NCBI GenBank assembly: GCA_963788665.1
Contig: CAWBHV010000017.1
Coordinates: 3,846 to 67,845 of the forward strand
Source of the DNA: an uncultured Methanobacteriaceae archaeon
GTDB lineage: Archaea; Methanobacteriota; Methanobacteria; Methanobacteriales; Methanobacteriaceae
Direction: 5' to 3'
DNA length: 64,000 bases
Part shown: positions 45,112-57,353 of the stretch, piece after piece
Layout of the letters: each line of letters starts with the position of its first letter
How positions within the stretch are numbered: the stretch's first letter is position 1
Position numbers and translations under genes: made by a program
Notes under the pieces: model-generated
What the model was told of the DNA's origin: nothing
The model's input: the letters and a program-made list of their open reading frames with translations, nothing else
Databases searched by the model: none

Positions 45112-46272
45112 TTATTCTGGTATTTCTATATAATCATTAAACTCGAAATTTTTGGCAACATCTGAATGTTCTTTAGGCATGTATACGCACAGGTCTGCAT
45201 GGTTAAATCGCGCATCTCTTAGTGTGCTGACAATTGTTGACATTTTACTCAGATATTCAAGGTTGTTGTGGGAAGACACAAGCGTTTTCATCTCATCGAA
45301 TGATGGATAGTCGGGTACATCAATTATAACATATTCTATGGGTATATCAAGGTCTTCAGCTATTTCAAGCTCAAATGCCGCAATCTTTTCAGGTTCAATT
45401 TTAAACACTGCGTTGGGATTTTCGAGTTTATCTAGTTTGAGGGAATATACTGTTTTGAATAGTTTTCTGTTGTCCAATCTGTTCATCAGATCGCCTATTA
45501 ACCCTTTTTGTTGCCTTGCCGATGATATTATATCAGCATCATCGTATTTGTAAATATTTTCAGCGTTTATATATCCCTCTGTGAATAGTTTTTTTAAACA
45601 ACGCTGGAACATGGCGTTGATTATTCTGGTTGTATGGTGTTGGTACACGCTGGGGTACATGAAGTATCTTGCAAGGAGCATGGATTCAGCTGCTTGTACT
45701 CCTTTAGATTTAAGTATAAGATGATCTTCAAGTTTCATGTTGTGTATGAGTCTGTCCACATCTATAACCCCGTAAGCAACACCTGTGTAGTATGAGTCTC
45801 TTAAAAGATAGTCCATCCTGTCGACATCAAGATCTCCAGATATTATTTGTCCCAGTCTACCTTCACCATTTATCAATTTGATTATTTCTTTCGGATCAAA
45901 TTTTTCTGAAAGTATGTCTGATAATTCAGACCCTGTTATTAGTTCAGAAGTGAGTTGTTCGTGAGATTTGTCGAGTACAGCTTCTGATACGTGTGAAAAT
46001 GGTCCGTGACCAGAATCATGGAGTATTGCGCACACCCGTAACATTTCACGCTGTTCATTTGTGAGTTTTAGTCCACGTGCTAATCTGCTTGCAAGGTACA
46101 TGGTACCTATGGAATGTTCGAATCTGGTGTGGTTGGCGCCGGGATATACCAGGTATGTAAAACCTAATTGTTTAATACGTCTCAATCTTTGAATTTGTGG
46201 TGTGTCTATTAATTTTACCTCAAATTCATCCACCTGCAGATTTCCGTGAAGACTGTCTCTTATAAATTTCAC
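45112..46272 (-). CDS. HD-domain phosphohydrolase (SAMHD1/dGTPase-like)
   Basis: QRLRRIKQLG, HTRFEHSIG, LHDSGHGPFSH, DVDRMDYLLRD. Confidence 0.92.
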   Translation of the reverse strand: MKFIRDSLHGNLQVDEFEVKLIDTPQIQRLRRIKQLGFTYLVYPGANHTRFEHSIGTMYLASRLARGLKLTNEQREMLRVCAILHDSGHGPFSHVSEAVLDKSHEQLTSELITGSELSDILSEKFDPKEIIKLINGEGRLGQIISGDLDVDRMDYLLRDSYYTGVAYGVIDVDRLIHNMKLEDHLILKSKGVQAAESMLLARYFMYPSVYQHHTTRIINAMFQRCLKKLFTEGYINAENIYKYDDADIISSARQQKGLIGDLMNRLDNRKLFKTVYSLKLDKLENPNAVFKIEPEKIAAFELEIAEDLDIPIEYVIIDVPDYPSFDEMKTLVSSHNNLEYLSKMSTIVSTLRDARFNHADLCVYMPKEHSDVAKNFEFNDYIEIPE

Positions 46273-46713
46273 TCAACCACCCGACATTATTATGTTGATA
46301 CCATCGCTTGTGTGTTCTTCTTTTTTGAAATCAAGCTCATATTTTACTCTTTCTATAACTTCGTTGAGGGCTTCTCTTGTTTCTTGCCTGTGTGCTCCTG
46401 CAACAACCGCTAGGAATAGGGGGTCAGATGGTTTGAATGTTCCTACATAGTGCACTACGGCTATTTCGACAACGCCATGATGTTTATTCTGGATATCGAT
46501 CATAATATCCTGGAGTTCATCTTCGGTCTCGGCTGTATTGGGTGTGCTCAGGTCCATTTCTACTGTTTTTTTATCTGTTTCTGTGCCTCTTACTATGCCT
46601 TCAAATGAAAATATGGCACCGCATTCACTAATTTTTGGATTATTTTTGATTTTTTCCATTAAATCGTAGATACTAATGTTTTCTGTACCCTTCTCTATGA
46701 TTCTGCCATACAT
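46273..46713 (-). CDS. moaE: Molybdopterin synthase catalytic subunit
   Basis: GAIFSFEGIVR, HRQE, KKE. Confidence 0.88.
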   Translation of the reverse strand: MYGRIIEKGTENISIYDLMEKIKNNPKISECGAIFSFEGIVRGTETDKKTVEMDLSTPNTAETEDELQDIMIDIQNKHHGVVEIAVVHYVGTFKPSDPLFLAVVAGAHRQETREALNEVIERVKYELDFKKEEHTSDGINIIMSGG

Positions 46714-46778
46714 TTTACACATCCCTTTTTGAAATGTCTGTAGATTTTCTGATTTATTTTTAAATGCATTAAATTTTA

Positions 46779-47315
<537 letters not shown>

Positions 47316-47616
47316 CTATCCCCATTTATAGTCATTTAAAATGTTGTGAATCCATTATATTGACGTTAATATAGTAATATATTCAGTTTTAAGTTAATAT
47401 CTTTTATTATTATTAATAATTATTTATTTATTATATTGTTGAATGGGTTTTGCAGCGATTGTGACTCTACATCTTTATAAATTTGAATTATGAGTATCAA
47501 AATTTTGAATTTATTAACTGATTTTTATTTCAGGGTACGATGATCTGAGTGTGGTATTTATAAAAAAAATTAAATGTTACACTCATAAAAATTGTGATTA
47601 TCGCTGTTTAACCAAC

Positions 47617-48378
47617 TTATTTAGTTGTTATCTTGAATGAACAGTAATCATCACCCATTGCATAGCATTTGGTTTCATTTACGATCTGTTCGTTTTTGAA
47701 ATGCGCGGAAAAAACTGCTTTTAAAATCCCTGAATCAAAGGCACATGCTGGTCTTCCCAATGGTGGCAGGCTTTTACATTCAAAACAATCGTACACATTT
47801 ATGGTTAAGGGTTTTAATTTTTCCACGTATACCCGTCCCAGATTATGGGTATCCCAAAAATTCGTGATGTTTTCGGCCAATTTGTTAATATCAGTGTCTT
47901 TGATATTTTCATAGAGGGCCGAACCTACCTTAACACCCGCTTCGTAGAGTATGGGATCTATGTCAATACCCTGACGTATAAGTGAGATGCGTATGGTGTG
48001 GAATATTAGCCGATAAAATTCGTATGGATCACCCTCACTTTCCACATAGCTGTTAACATAATCTCCAATATTTTCGGTTAGAACCTTTTTTCCAGATAAC
48101 TTTCCTAAATACTCTGATTTGATGAAGAATATCTTTTTACGCGCATCACTGGGATCAGGTTTAGAACCAATTATACCATCGTCCACCATTTTTTTGAGGT
48201 GTACCGATATCGTTGATTTAGCTTTTCCAGATAGTTCAACCACCTGATCAAAACTCAGTTCTCCATTCCTTAGCATAGATAATATTTTTACCCTTACAGG
48301 GCTGTTAATTGCATAAATTCCTTCTGTTGTGGAGAACAATTCTATACGCATATCATTAAAAGGTTCTCTTTTTTCCAT
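47617..48378 (-). CDS. ArsR-HTH + V4R domain redox regulator (MsvR-like)
   Basis: SPVRVKIL...[13 protein letters not shown]; V4R domain with [19 protein letters not shown]. Confidence 0.9.
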   Translation of the reverse strand: MEKREPFNDMRIELFSTTEGIYAINSPVRVKILSMLRNGELSFDQVVELSGKAKSTISVHLKKMVDDGIIGSKPDPSDARKKIFFIKSEYLGKLSGKKVLTENIGDYVNSYVESEGDPYEFYRLIFHTIRISLIRQGIDIDPILYEAGVKVGSALYENIKDTDINKLAENITNFWDTHNLGRVYVEKLKPLTINVYDCFECKSLPPLGRPACAFDSGILKAVFSAHFKNEQIVNETKCYAMGDDYCSFKITTK

Positions 48379-48459
48379 TTTTTTATCACTCGTAAAAAAT
48401 TTTATTTTCTTTCAAATTCCTGAATTTAGTTATGATAAACGTAACTTATAAATATCTTG

Positions 48460-48518
48460 TTCGCAGATAGTAGAACATTCGCTCATAGGCGAACATTAAA
48501 CATTCGTTTAGTCGCGAA
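48460..48518. promoter_or_regulatory. Three MsvR-type operator boxes TTCG-N8-CGAA
   Basis: TTCGcagatagtAGAA 48460-48475 (1 mismatch), TTCGctcataggCGAA 48478-48493, TTCGtttagtcgCGAA 48503-48518; flanked by TATA-like elements (about 48446-48454 and 48520-48527). Confidence 0.82.
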
Positions 48519-48577
48519 CTTTAAATAATTTACATCAGAGATATAAGAACAAGAAAATTTTTTGGAGGAAACATATT

Positions 48578-49882
48578 ATGCCAGAAAAAGTAGACATGTT
48601 TTGTTACCAGTGTTCACAAACAGCATTTGAAACTGGATGTACTGTTAAAGGGGTATGTGGAAAGGAAGCAACAGTTGCAAGACTTCAGGATAACCTCTTA
48701 TTTTCAATGAAGGGAATTTCAGCATATTTATATCATGCAAGAGAATTAGGATACACAGATCCAGAGATCGATGAATTTCTTGAGAAGGGTTTCTACTCAA
48801 CACTCACCAATGTCAGCTTCGATGCAGGAGAGTTCATCAAACTTGCAATTGAATCTGGAATGATGAATATCAAGGCCATGCAGTTGCTAAAAAAGGCCCA
48901 TATAGAAACATACGGCGAACCAACACCAACAGAAGTTAAGGTCGGGTCGATCAAGGGAAAAGGAATAATAACCACCGGACACAGTATGAAAGCACTCGAA
49001 GAACTTCTAAAACAAACAGAAGGAACTGGGATAAATGTTTACACACATTCAGAAATGCTGCCAGCCCACGGTTATCCAGGACTCAGGAAATATAAACAAC
49101 TCGTGGGACAGATAGGCGGACCATGGTTCGACCAGAAAAAAACATTTTCAAACTACCAGGCAGCTATAGTCGGCACATCAAACTGTGTACTGCTACCTAC
49201 CGATGAGTACAGAGAGAGAATGTTCACAGTGGGAGTTGCAAAACTACCCGGAGTAACACAAATCGAAGACTTCGATTTCTCACCCGTAATAGAAAAGGTC
49301 AAAACAATCCCAGAACTTGAAGAAGAACCAAGAAACACCGTACTTACAACGGGATTCGGAGCATCAACCATACTTTCCCTTGCAGGAAAAATTAAAGAAC
49401 TGGTTGAGGCCGGTAAAATCAAACACTTCTTCGTTGTAGGGGGATGTGACTCACCAAAATCACAGGCAGCCTATTATACTGAATTTGTTAAAAACCTCCC
49501 TGATAACACAATTGTCCTGACTTTAGCTTGTGGAAAGTACAGGTTTAATGATATGGACCTCGGAGATATAGAAGGAGTACCAAGGTTAATAGATCTTGGA
49601 CAGTGTAACGATGCAATAGTTGGAATAGATGTTGTTGTAGCACTTTCAGACCTGTTCGGTATGCCAATCAATGATCTACCACTAACCTTTGTATTGAGTT
49701 GGATGGAGCAAAAAGCAGCGGCAATACTGTGGAGCCTCCTAGCCCTCGATATCAAAAACATGTATCTAGGCCCAATAATACCAGGATGGGTTAATGAAGA
49801 TATACTAAAGGTATTAGTAGATAATTATGGTCTAACACCTATAGGAGATCCAAAGGAAGACATCAAAAAGATGTTAGGATAG
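48578..49882 (+). CDS. hcp: Hybrid cluster protein (hydroxylamine reductase), short class III type
   Basis: [53 protein letters not shown]; 434 aa. Confidence 0.95.
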   Translation: MPEKVDMFCYQCSQTAFETGCTVKGVCGKEATVARLQDNLLFSMKGISAYLYHARELGYTDPEIDEFLEKGFYSTLTNVSFDAGEFIKLAIESGMMNIKAMQLLKKAHIETYGEPTPTEVKVGSIKGKGIITTGHSMKALEELLKQTEGTGINVYTHSEMLPAHGYPGLRKYKQLVGQIGGPWFDQKKTFSNYQAAIVGTSNCVLLPTDEYRERMFTVGVAKLPGVTQIEDFDFSPVIEKVKTIPELEEEPRNTVLTTGFGASTILSLAGKIKELVEAGKIKHFFVVGGCDSPKSQAAYYTEFVKNLPDNTIVLTLACGKYRFNDMDLGDIEGVPRLIDLGQCNDAIVGIDVVVALSDLFGMPINDLPLTFVLSWMEQKAAAILWSLLALDIKNMYLGPIIPGWVNEDILKVLVDNYGLTPIGDPKEDIKKMLG

Positions 49883-50380
49883 ATCATAATTAGAATTTAT
49901 TTTTTTAACCAATACTCCTTTTTTTTATCAAACTACTAAATCAAAGCCCAGAAGAGAAGATTATCAATCTATTTTGTTGTTATATATCGAAACATTTCTG
50001 AATATTTAAAACCATGATTAATTCGGGCTTTGTTGGTTGATTCAATTACGATACTGGACAATATTATAATAACTTGATACAGTAATCATTATGATTTGAA
50101 TTATCCCGGATATAACTGCCAAACATGTTTATTTACATTAAAACTATCAAAACCAGATTATATTAATATTTTATTCGGTTTCCCCAAAAAGATTAGGATA
50201 AAGGATAATTCTGTTACTATTTTTGGATATAATTGGTTTATAGATCATCCCAATTTTTTTTAAAACTTCGGGATTTTTACAGTTAACTTATTATTGATCA
50301 GAATACAATGGACTTATTAAATAAACAGAAAAAATAATATTATTTCTCGTTTAATAGTTTAACACAAAACGGTGATTGCA

Positions 50381-52114
50381 ATGATCAGTATCAAGAATGT
50401 TTCTAAGACTTACAAGATGAAAGATGGCGCAGAGATTCAGGCTTTGGATGATATTAATATAGATATTGGAAAGGGAGAAATACTTGGAATAATTGGGGTC
50501 AGTGGATCCGGTAAGAGCACACTTCTCAGAATATTGAGGGGGGCCGAATCATTTGACAGTGGTGAAATAGACATAGATGGTGATGTGGTACGGTTTGATT
50601 CAAACCCGTATTATTTCAGAAAACTCAAACAAGCAACAGCAATCCACTTACAAAGATCCTTTGGATTATGGTCTGAAACTGCTCTACAAAATGTTGTGAG
50701 AAAGTTGAACGGAGCCAAATATGGTGATGAAGGTTTAACTGATTTTAACTCGGCATATGATGAATTTGGAGACGAAGCAAGGGAAATATTAAAAGTTGTT
50801 GGACTGGAAGATAAAATCGACCATTTCGCACCAGTATTAAGCGGCGGAGAAAAACAAAGGCTCATAATGGCAAGACAGCTGGCTAAAAAACCTAAAGTTT
50901 TACTATTAGATGAACCCGCAACCATGTCATGTCCTAAGACTAAACAAGATATCCTCAATGCCATAAAAAACATTAACCAGGAATTGGGTGTGACAGTTGT
51001 AATTGTTTCACACTTACCCGAAGTACACCTTTACCTATCCGACAGACTAATACTGATGGAAAATGGTAAGGTCATGGATGAGGGAACACCTAAAACCATA
51101 ATACCACAATTCATAAAGGAGATGGATGCACCTGAAGCACCTAGGAAACCAGAAACCCTTGGAGATACCGAAATTAAGGTATCGAACATCGAAAAAAAAT
51201 TCGTGCTGATTAAAGGCGGAAAAGTTCTTACAATAAAAGATATTAATTTTGAGGTTAAAAATGGCGAAATAATCTCATTAATCGGACAAAGTGGCGCTGG
51301 AAAAACAGTTTTACTCAGGATGATGGCAGGACTCGAAATACCCGATGGTGGAGATGTGTTATTCAAACTCAAGGATGAATGGGTCGATATGCAGACACCT
51401 GGAATAGTAAGGATGCATGTGAGACGAAAATTGGGATTCATGCACCAAGAATTTTCACTCGTACACCACGCAACAATTGAGGACCAGATTGCCGGAAGAC
51501 TGGGTGTTAAAGGGGAAAATGTCATAGCCAACGCCAAAAAAGTAGCCAAAGAGTTAGATATCAGCGAACAAGTACTTGATCTTTTATATCAACTTACAGA
51601 TCTTCCGGAAACAGAAGCAAAGGCCAAACTTGAGAAAGTGGGATTAAAGCCCGATATCCTAGAAAAATTGTTCCCGAAATTTCCAGATACAGAGATCAAA
51701 AATTATGCTAAACCCGTTTTTGAAGCCCTAGACCTACCCATAGAAATACTTGAAAGACGGTCTTATGAACTATCCGGCGGACAAAAAGTTAGAGCTACTC
51801 TAGCATTAATTCTCACATCAAAACCAGATGTATTAATACTGGATGAACCATTCGGAGACCTTGATCCAATAACCCTACGAATTGTATCAAACTCTTTAAA
51901 ACGTATAAATAAAGAATTTAACACCACAATACTCATGGTAAGTCATCATGTAGACTTTGTTGAAGAGGTGTCTACACGTGCAATACTCATGGAGGAAGGA
52001 GAACTAGTAATGGATGGGGAACCATACAAATTATCGAAAGAATTCATAAAAAGGTGTAAAGCAGATTATCTAATAAGTTTTGAAGAATTAAGACAGCAGT
52101 TAGCTGGAGATTGA
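50381..52114 (+). CDS. atwA: Methyl-coenzyme M reductase system component A2 (tandem ABC ATPase)
   Basis: Two ABC domains with AIHLQRSFGLW and GFMHQEF; no permease partner. Confidence 0.85.
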   Translation: MISIKNVSKTYKMKDGAEIQALDDINIDIGKGEILGIIGVSGSGKSTLLRILRGAESFDSGEIDIDGDVVRFDSNPYYFRKLKQATAIHLQRSFGLWSETALQNVVRKLNGAKYGDEGLTDFNSAYDEFGDEAREILKVVGLEDKIDHFAPVLSGGEKQRLIMARQLAKKPKVLLLDEPATMSCPKTKQDILNAIKNINQELGVTVVIVSHLPEVHLYLSDRLILMENGKVMDEGTPKTIIPQFIKEMDAPEAPRKPETLGDTEIKVSNIEKKFVLIKGGKVLTIKDINFEVKNGEIISLIGQSGAGKTVLLRMMAGLEIPDGGDVLFKLKDEWVDMQTPGIVRMHVRRKLGFMHQEFSLVHHATIEDQIAGRLGVKGENVIANAKKVAKELDISEQVLDLLYQLTDLPETEAKAKLEKVGLKPDILEKLFPKFPDTEIKNYAKPVFEALDLPIEILERRSYELSGGQKVRATLALILTSKPDVLILDEPFGDLDPITLRIVSNSLKRINKEFNTTILMVSHHVDFVEEVSTRAILMEEGELVMDGEPYKLSKEFIKRCKADYLISFEELRQQLAGD

Positions 52115-52267
52115 AACCATATCTTAAATTTAACAAACTGACTGTTTCAACCATAAAAATTAGTAATTAAACAGCTTCAGGATAGATTTATAATCCCATC
52201 AACTTTTTTTTATTTTAGACACTGTTAATCCAGTACTTCTTTTTAGTGTTTTATCGGTAAATTTATT

Positions 52268-53119
52268 TTATTTTGCGGTTATCTGGTCCTGTTTATCGTA
52301 CAAGTCTTTCCTGTTTTCGAGGATATTTTTTAGAATAAATCCTATTATATTCTCTCTTTTAAGCACTATTTTTCCTGTCCGTTTTTTGGCTGAAATGGTG
52401 AACTTCAGTGTTTTGACCTTTAATTCGGGGAATTCTGGATTTCCTGTTTCTATGAAGAAATCATGGTCAAATCTATGGATAATTCTGGTCGGACTTAACT
52501 CGTTATTTTTCGGTATGTACGATTTTAAAATATCATTCATGGTAAAAATTTCATTACAATCAGCATCATGAAAAATAGATTCACTATTTAAATTAAGATC
52601 AACAATTATGTCCTTAGAAATCCCGGATTTATATTTTTCGGCTTTTATCCATTTAGTATCTAATTCAAGATCATAGTCCCTGATATCCGGGAAAAGAATA
52701 CTCATATTAACTTCAATATTCCGGTTAACATCCTGCAAACTATTCTCGGTATGGATCTTCAATTCATAGACAAGTATGTTGTTAGCCGTGGCAAACTCTC
52801 TTAAATTCTCGGGGTAACCTTTATTTGTTATGATAATGCCACGTGGTTGGCCTGGTAAACTATCCAACATACTCTTGAATTTAATTAATTCTTCTTGATT
52901 TAGTGCAGATGATTTCCAATCTTTAACGTGTAAAATTAGTGTATATCTGATTCCTCCACATTCAAACTCCCAATATAAGTCAATTTGAAGCTCTAAATCT
53001 TTATATTTTAAAATAATATTATGCTGTACATCGATATTATCAACTACTTCTTGGGTTAAAATTTCTTCGTAGAGTAATTGAGTCAATATTTCATATGATA
53101 TATCACTATTTTTCATCAT
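52268..53119 (-). CDS. Restriction endonuclease-like (Mrr_cat / PD-(D/E)xK) protein
   Basis: YEILT, VQHN, QIDLYW...HVKDW, GIIITNKGY...A..NNI. Confidence 0.72.
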   Translation of the reverse strand: MMKNSDISYEILTQLLYEEILTQEVVDNIDVQHNIILKYKDLELQIDLYWEFECGGIRYTLILHVKDWKSSALNQEELIKFKSMLDSLPGQPRGIIITNKGYPENLREFATANNILVYELKIHTENSLQDVNRNIEVNMSILFPDIRDYDLELDTKWIKAEKYKSGISKDIIVDLNLNSESIFHDADCNEIFTMNDILKSYIPKNNELSPTRIIHRFDHDFFIETGNPEFPELKVKTLKFTISAKKRTGKIVLKRENIIGFILKNILENRKDLYDKQDQITAK

Positions 53120-53596
53120 CTTATCAATTCCGAATAAATTTAATATATATAGTTATATATTTTTTTTAGATAATTAATATGTTTTTGAATTGTTTATTTA
53201 CTCATTAAAATTTTTTTTGAATAATTTTTAATGGATAATTATTATGAATCAATTATACACAAATAATGATAATTTTTATTTTCAATCGTAAATTATCGAA
53301 TAATCATTTAATGATCCTCAATTTATAAATTTGTTTGCTAATAATTCATATTATCTCAAAAAATTCTGCAATCCAGTGATACCTGTCTAATTATATTGGA
53401 CATTGAATCATGTATGATGTGGGCTTATAATTATGATGGGATAGAATAATTATTATAAAATTAACAGGATTCAATATTATTGTTTATAGTTTTTATTGAT
53501 GATTTCTCATTTTGATTACGAAGTTTCATATCAGACATGTGATTTTACCCTTCATGGATATATTTTTGGTTTGTATTAAAATTTCCCGGTGTGAAT

Positions 53597-54337
53597 TCAT
53601 TTCCAATTGGTAAGTATTTTGTCCCTTTGAAAGGTGGCTTTATTCACATAGAAAAGGAGCACGCAAATAACCAACAGAAACATGAATATTCCCAACATGT
53701 TGATAATATTGAAAGACACTATACTTGTCTCCAGTACCCCATATATGAGTACAAATGGAAATATTTGGAGTGTTCCAAGCTGCTGTGCAGTTCTTACATC
53801 GTTCACTTTTGAGGATATGATAACATTCAGTTCGACACTTAAAATCGATGAAAGTGGTACTGCTATCAGTAAAATAATCGCCATATTCAAATTGGGGAAG
53901 AAATAATATCCTATGGTTTTGTAGGTCATCACATCTGTAAGTACCATGAAAATAATCGAACTGATATATATCATAGCAAGGCAGGGCAGTAATGCTGCTA
54001 TACTCTTTCCTAATAACAGCTCATCATCTGTAATTGGGGTTGCAAGGAGTGGTTCTAAACTTTGTTCTATTTTCTCGCTGATGATGCTGTACGATGCTAT
54101 GGTGGTTGGTATCAAATAAGCTAAAAATATATAGAAAAACGAGAAAAAGTTCAGCAAAGATATGTTTGTACTTCCGAACATAATAGGCGTCAATGGATTG
54201 GGATAGCTTGATATTACCAACGGTAGAATGATTGAGAATAAAAGGGGGAGAATTATCAGTGTATACAGTATACGTTTTTTTGTACGGAATATGCTGAAGT
54301 CCTTGGTTGCAATAACCCATGATTTCCAGAGTGTCAT
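53597..54337 (-). CDS. ABC-2 type permease
   Basis: SEKIEQSLEPLLATPI..LLGK, SSKVNDVRTAQQ; six TM helices. Confidence 0.9.
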   Translation of the reverse strand: MTLWKSWVIATKDFSIFRTKKRILYTLIILPLLFSIILPLVISSYPNPLTPIMFGSTNISLLNFFSFFYIFLAYLIPTTIASYSIISEKIEQSLEPLLATPITDDELLLGKSIAALLPCLAMIYISSIIFMVLTDVMTYKTIGYYFFPNLNMAIILLIAVPLSSILSVELNVIISSKVNDVRTAQQLGTLQIFPFVLIYGVLETSIVSFNIINMLGIFMFLLVICVLLFYVNKATFQRDKILTNWK

Positions 54338-54340
54338 TTT

Positions 54341-55259
54341 TTATTTCCTCACAAATTTAAGATATGCATCTTCCAGTGATGGACTGAAACGGGTTACGTA
54401 TTGTATTTGTCCACCAGCATCTACTATTGCATTTACTATGGCCGGATTATCCTTTTCAGGGTTCGCTACTTCTATGATCAACTTGTTATCCTCATCGACC
54501 GTGATATTATCGAAGGACAAATCCTTTACAGTGGATAAAATTTTATCATTCAATTGTTTCAATTGAATTATCGTCTTATTACTCCAAACTGACGCTTCTA
54601 ATTCATCTGGAGTGCCTATTACCTTTAGTTTGGTGTTGAATATACCAATTTTGTCACAGATTCGCTGGGCTTCGTAGAGGTTATGTGTGTTCAAAAAAAT
54701 GGTCTTTTTTTCGTTCTTCAAATCGATTATGAAATCCCTAACTGTTTTTGATGATTCTGGGTCTAAATTCGCTGTGGGTTCGTCTAAAAATAGTATTTCA
54801 GGATCGTGGATGAGTGCCCTTGTTATAGCAAGTTTTTGTTTCATTCCCTTAGAAAATGTACTGACCTTAACATCTCGTTTATCCCACAGGCCCAGCATCT
54901 GAAGGAAATGCTTAATATTCTCTTTTCTCTGGGTTGGTGTACATTCATACAGTTTTCCATAAAAATCGAGGTTTTTATAAGCTGTCAAATCATCGTAGAG
55001 ACCCACATTCTCGGGGAGTAATCCTATGATCTTCCGGATCTTTCAGAGACTCCTGTTTATCACTGATATCATAACCAGCTATCCTAACGTCTCCACTGGT
55101 TTTTGATATGAGACAGCTGAGAATTCTCATTGTTGTGGTCTTTCCAGCACCGTTAGGTCCTAAAAAACCAAAAACTTCCCCTTCATTAATGTGAAAGGTG
55201 AGATTGTCCACCGCGGTCAAGTCACCAAATTTTCTTGTGAGATTTTCAGCATCTATCAA
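54341..55259 (-). CDS. ABC-2 type ATP-binding protein; indel near 55040
   Basis: GPNGAGKTT, FSKGMKQK, FLDEPTANLD, SLEDAYL. Confidence 0.92.
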
Positions 55260-55697
55260 ACCATTAAACCCCCAAACCTTATTTTATAATAATAAAAACC
55301 AATTAAAATTTATCGTACAAATTTTTTAAACAGTATTGAATAGTTCTGATATCTCATAGAGTATATAATTATCTAATTTATTAGTTGATTGGTTAGGCAA
55401 GACACGAAAAATAAGATATAGATTGGATATTATGTTTAGTTTATTCCATATAATGATTATATGAGTTTAAGTCCGTGTGATAAACAAATAAAATTGTATA
55501 ATTATACCATAATACCGACTAAAATCAATTATATTCTTTTTATTACCATGGATTAATAGTAAACATCGAATTATTACACAATAGAATAACAAACAATGTC
55601 AAATCTGATGATCAAACAACAGTTGGTTCATATGTCTATTAATATAAACATAATATACTATTAAGCTAATTTATTCAATTTTTAACCGATTAGAGTT

Positions 55698-55877
55698 TTA
55701 GTTACGTCGTTTATGCACCATCAGATCGATCTTATTGTTACACACAGGACATCGAGTAACTGAGAAACCTTCTACTTTTTTATTTTTATAAGGACCCATT
55801 TTAATCAACTTTCTTTTAATTTCGATTTCTTCCCCACAGTTATCGCACCGGATTTTTTTATTTTTTCCCTCGGGCAT
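55698..55877 (-). CDS. 59-aa basic zinc-ribbon protein (below the ORF-track cutoff)
   Basis: MPEGKNKKIRCDNCGEEIEIKRKLIKMGPYKNKKVEGFSVTRCPVCNNKIDLMVHKRRN*; GGTGA RBS. Confidence 0.8.
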   Translation of the reverse strand: MPEGKNKKIRCDNCGEEIEIKRKLIKMGPYKNKKVEGFSVTRCPVCNNKIDLMVHKRRN

Positions 55878-56000
55878 ATTACATCACCAATAATAATTTA
55901 GTTTTTAATACTAAATATTTTTATTTAAATGTTACTGTGTATATGATTATTAATATGTGGTCAGGGTGTAAGTTGATATTAAATTTATTGATAAGCAAAA

Positions 56001-56016
56001 TTCGTCAAATTTCGAA
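56001..56016. promoter_or_regulatory. Perfect TTCG-N8-CGAA box (putative MsvR-type operator)
   Basis: TTCGtcaaatttCGAA between the divergent zinc-ribbon and USP genes. Confidence 0.5.
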
Positions 56017-56328
56017 TATTACCAAATTTTATTAGAGAATAGGTAGAATAACTAATAGTTAATTAGATATATAGGATTTAATTGTAGAATTGGGATGAGA
56101 ATTAGAGACCAAAATCGGATCATTTGATCTTTTTCCATTTAGGAATATTACAGTAAAGCATTTGCTTGATTGTTTGGATTCTTTTATCTTGTTGTTATAA
56201 AAAATTAAAATTTATTTAGGAGTTTTGTTAGATCATATAACATTAAAAAAAGATTTGAAATATATTGAACAAGTTGATTTTTGGGCATTCATAAAAAAAA
56301 AGAATTTAGATTTGTGGAGGAAATGGAT

Positions 56329-56724
56329 ATGTTCGAGAGGATAATGATTCCAACGGATGGATCTGAATTTGCAGACAGATCTGGTGATTATGCGATAGAA
56401 ATTGCAATAAAATTCGATTCAACTGTTGTAGCAGTTAATATAATAGATGAAAAACTGATATATCCATTTGAAGTGTTGGAAACAGAGGGTAAAGTCATAT
56501 TAAAAAATTTACGTGACAAGGCCGAAAAAAAGGGCTTGAAGGTCGAAGAAGTTTTAATAGTTGGAAACCCAATACATGACATGGAGAAAATTGTTAAAAA
56601 AACTGAAGCTGACCTTGTTGTCATAGGTACACACGGAAAAACTGGTTTACAAAAATTTATTCTAGGCAGTGTCGCAGAAAATGCTTTAAAAACAGTTAAA
56701 GTACCAATTCTGCTCGTTAAATAA
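56329..56724 (+). CDS. Universal stress protein
   Basis: RIMIPTDGSE, DLVVIGTHGKTG, LGSVAE. Confidence 0.93.
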   Translation: MFERIMIPTDGSEFADRSGDYAIEIAIKFDSTVVAVNIIDEKLIYPFEVLETEGKVILKNLRDKAEKKGLKVEEVLIVGNPIHDMEKIVKKTEADLVVIGTHGKTGLQKFILGSVAENALKTVKVPILLVK

Positions 56725-56810
56725 TATCGGTGTATCTAACATTCATTAGAACTGGATGTTCATGATAAAATTATTTATAAGATTTATGAAAAAACTCGGA
56801 AGGTGTTATT

Positions 56811-57116
56811 ATGGAGATAATTACGATGGTCAAGGGAACTATAAAAGAATCTGTATCTAATGATTTTGAAGCTGCTTACTCACAACTAAAAAAAGAAGAT
56901 GTCCCTGAAGGTTTAATAGCATCTTACCTATTGAAAGATATGATAGAATCGGAATTGTATACTATTGAAACTGTATGGGCCAGCCAGGATGTTCTAAAAC
57001 AGATAATGGAAACTGGAGAATCATCTGCAGATGTTAAATTATTCGAAAAATTTGATGTAAATCCATCCATCGAAGTCTTTGAAGTACGTGACAACTATCC
57101 ACAGTACGATGAATAA
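56811..57116 (+). CDS. ABM-like (antibiotic biosynthesis monooxygenase fold) protein
   Basis: PEGLIASYLL...YTIETVWAS; about 100 aa. Confidence 0.65.
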   Translation: MEIITMVKGTIKESVSNDFEAAYSQLKKEDVPEGLIASYLLKDMIESELYTIETVWASQDVLKQIMETGESSADVKLFEKFDVNPSIEVFEVRDNYPQYDE

Positions 57117-57353
57117 TTATTCGATTAGATCGTTAAACATTTTACAACAAAATATTTTTTTTATCTAATCCGAGTATTTTATTTTGTGCATAATAGACTG
57201 GGAACCATACTTTAAAGACATTCTGATTCGATCGTACAACCAAAAAATTTTATTCTATTAAAACAAAATATCATAATTGTTGATGTTTGATGGTTAACTC
57301 AAATAATTTGAAAGTACAATAAAATATCAGACATATTGTAGAGGAGGCCTTGA

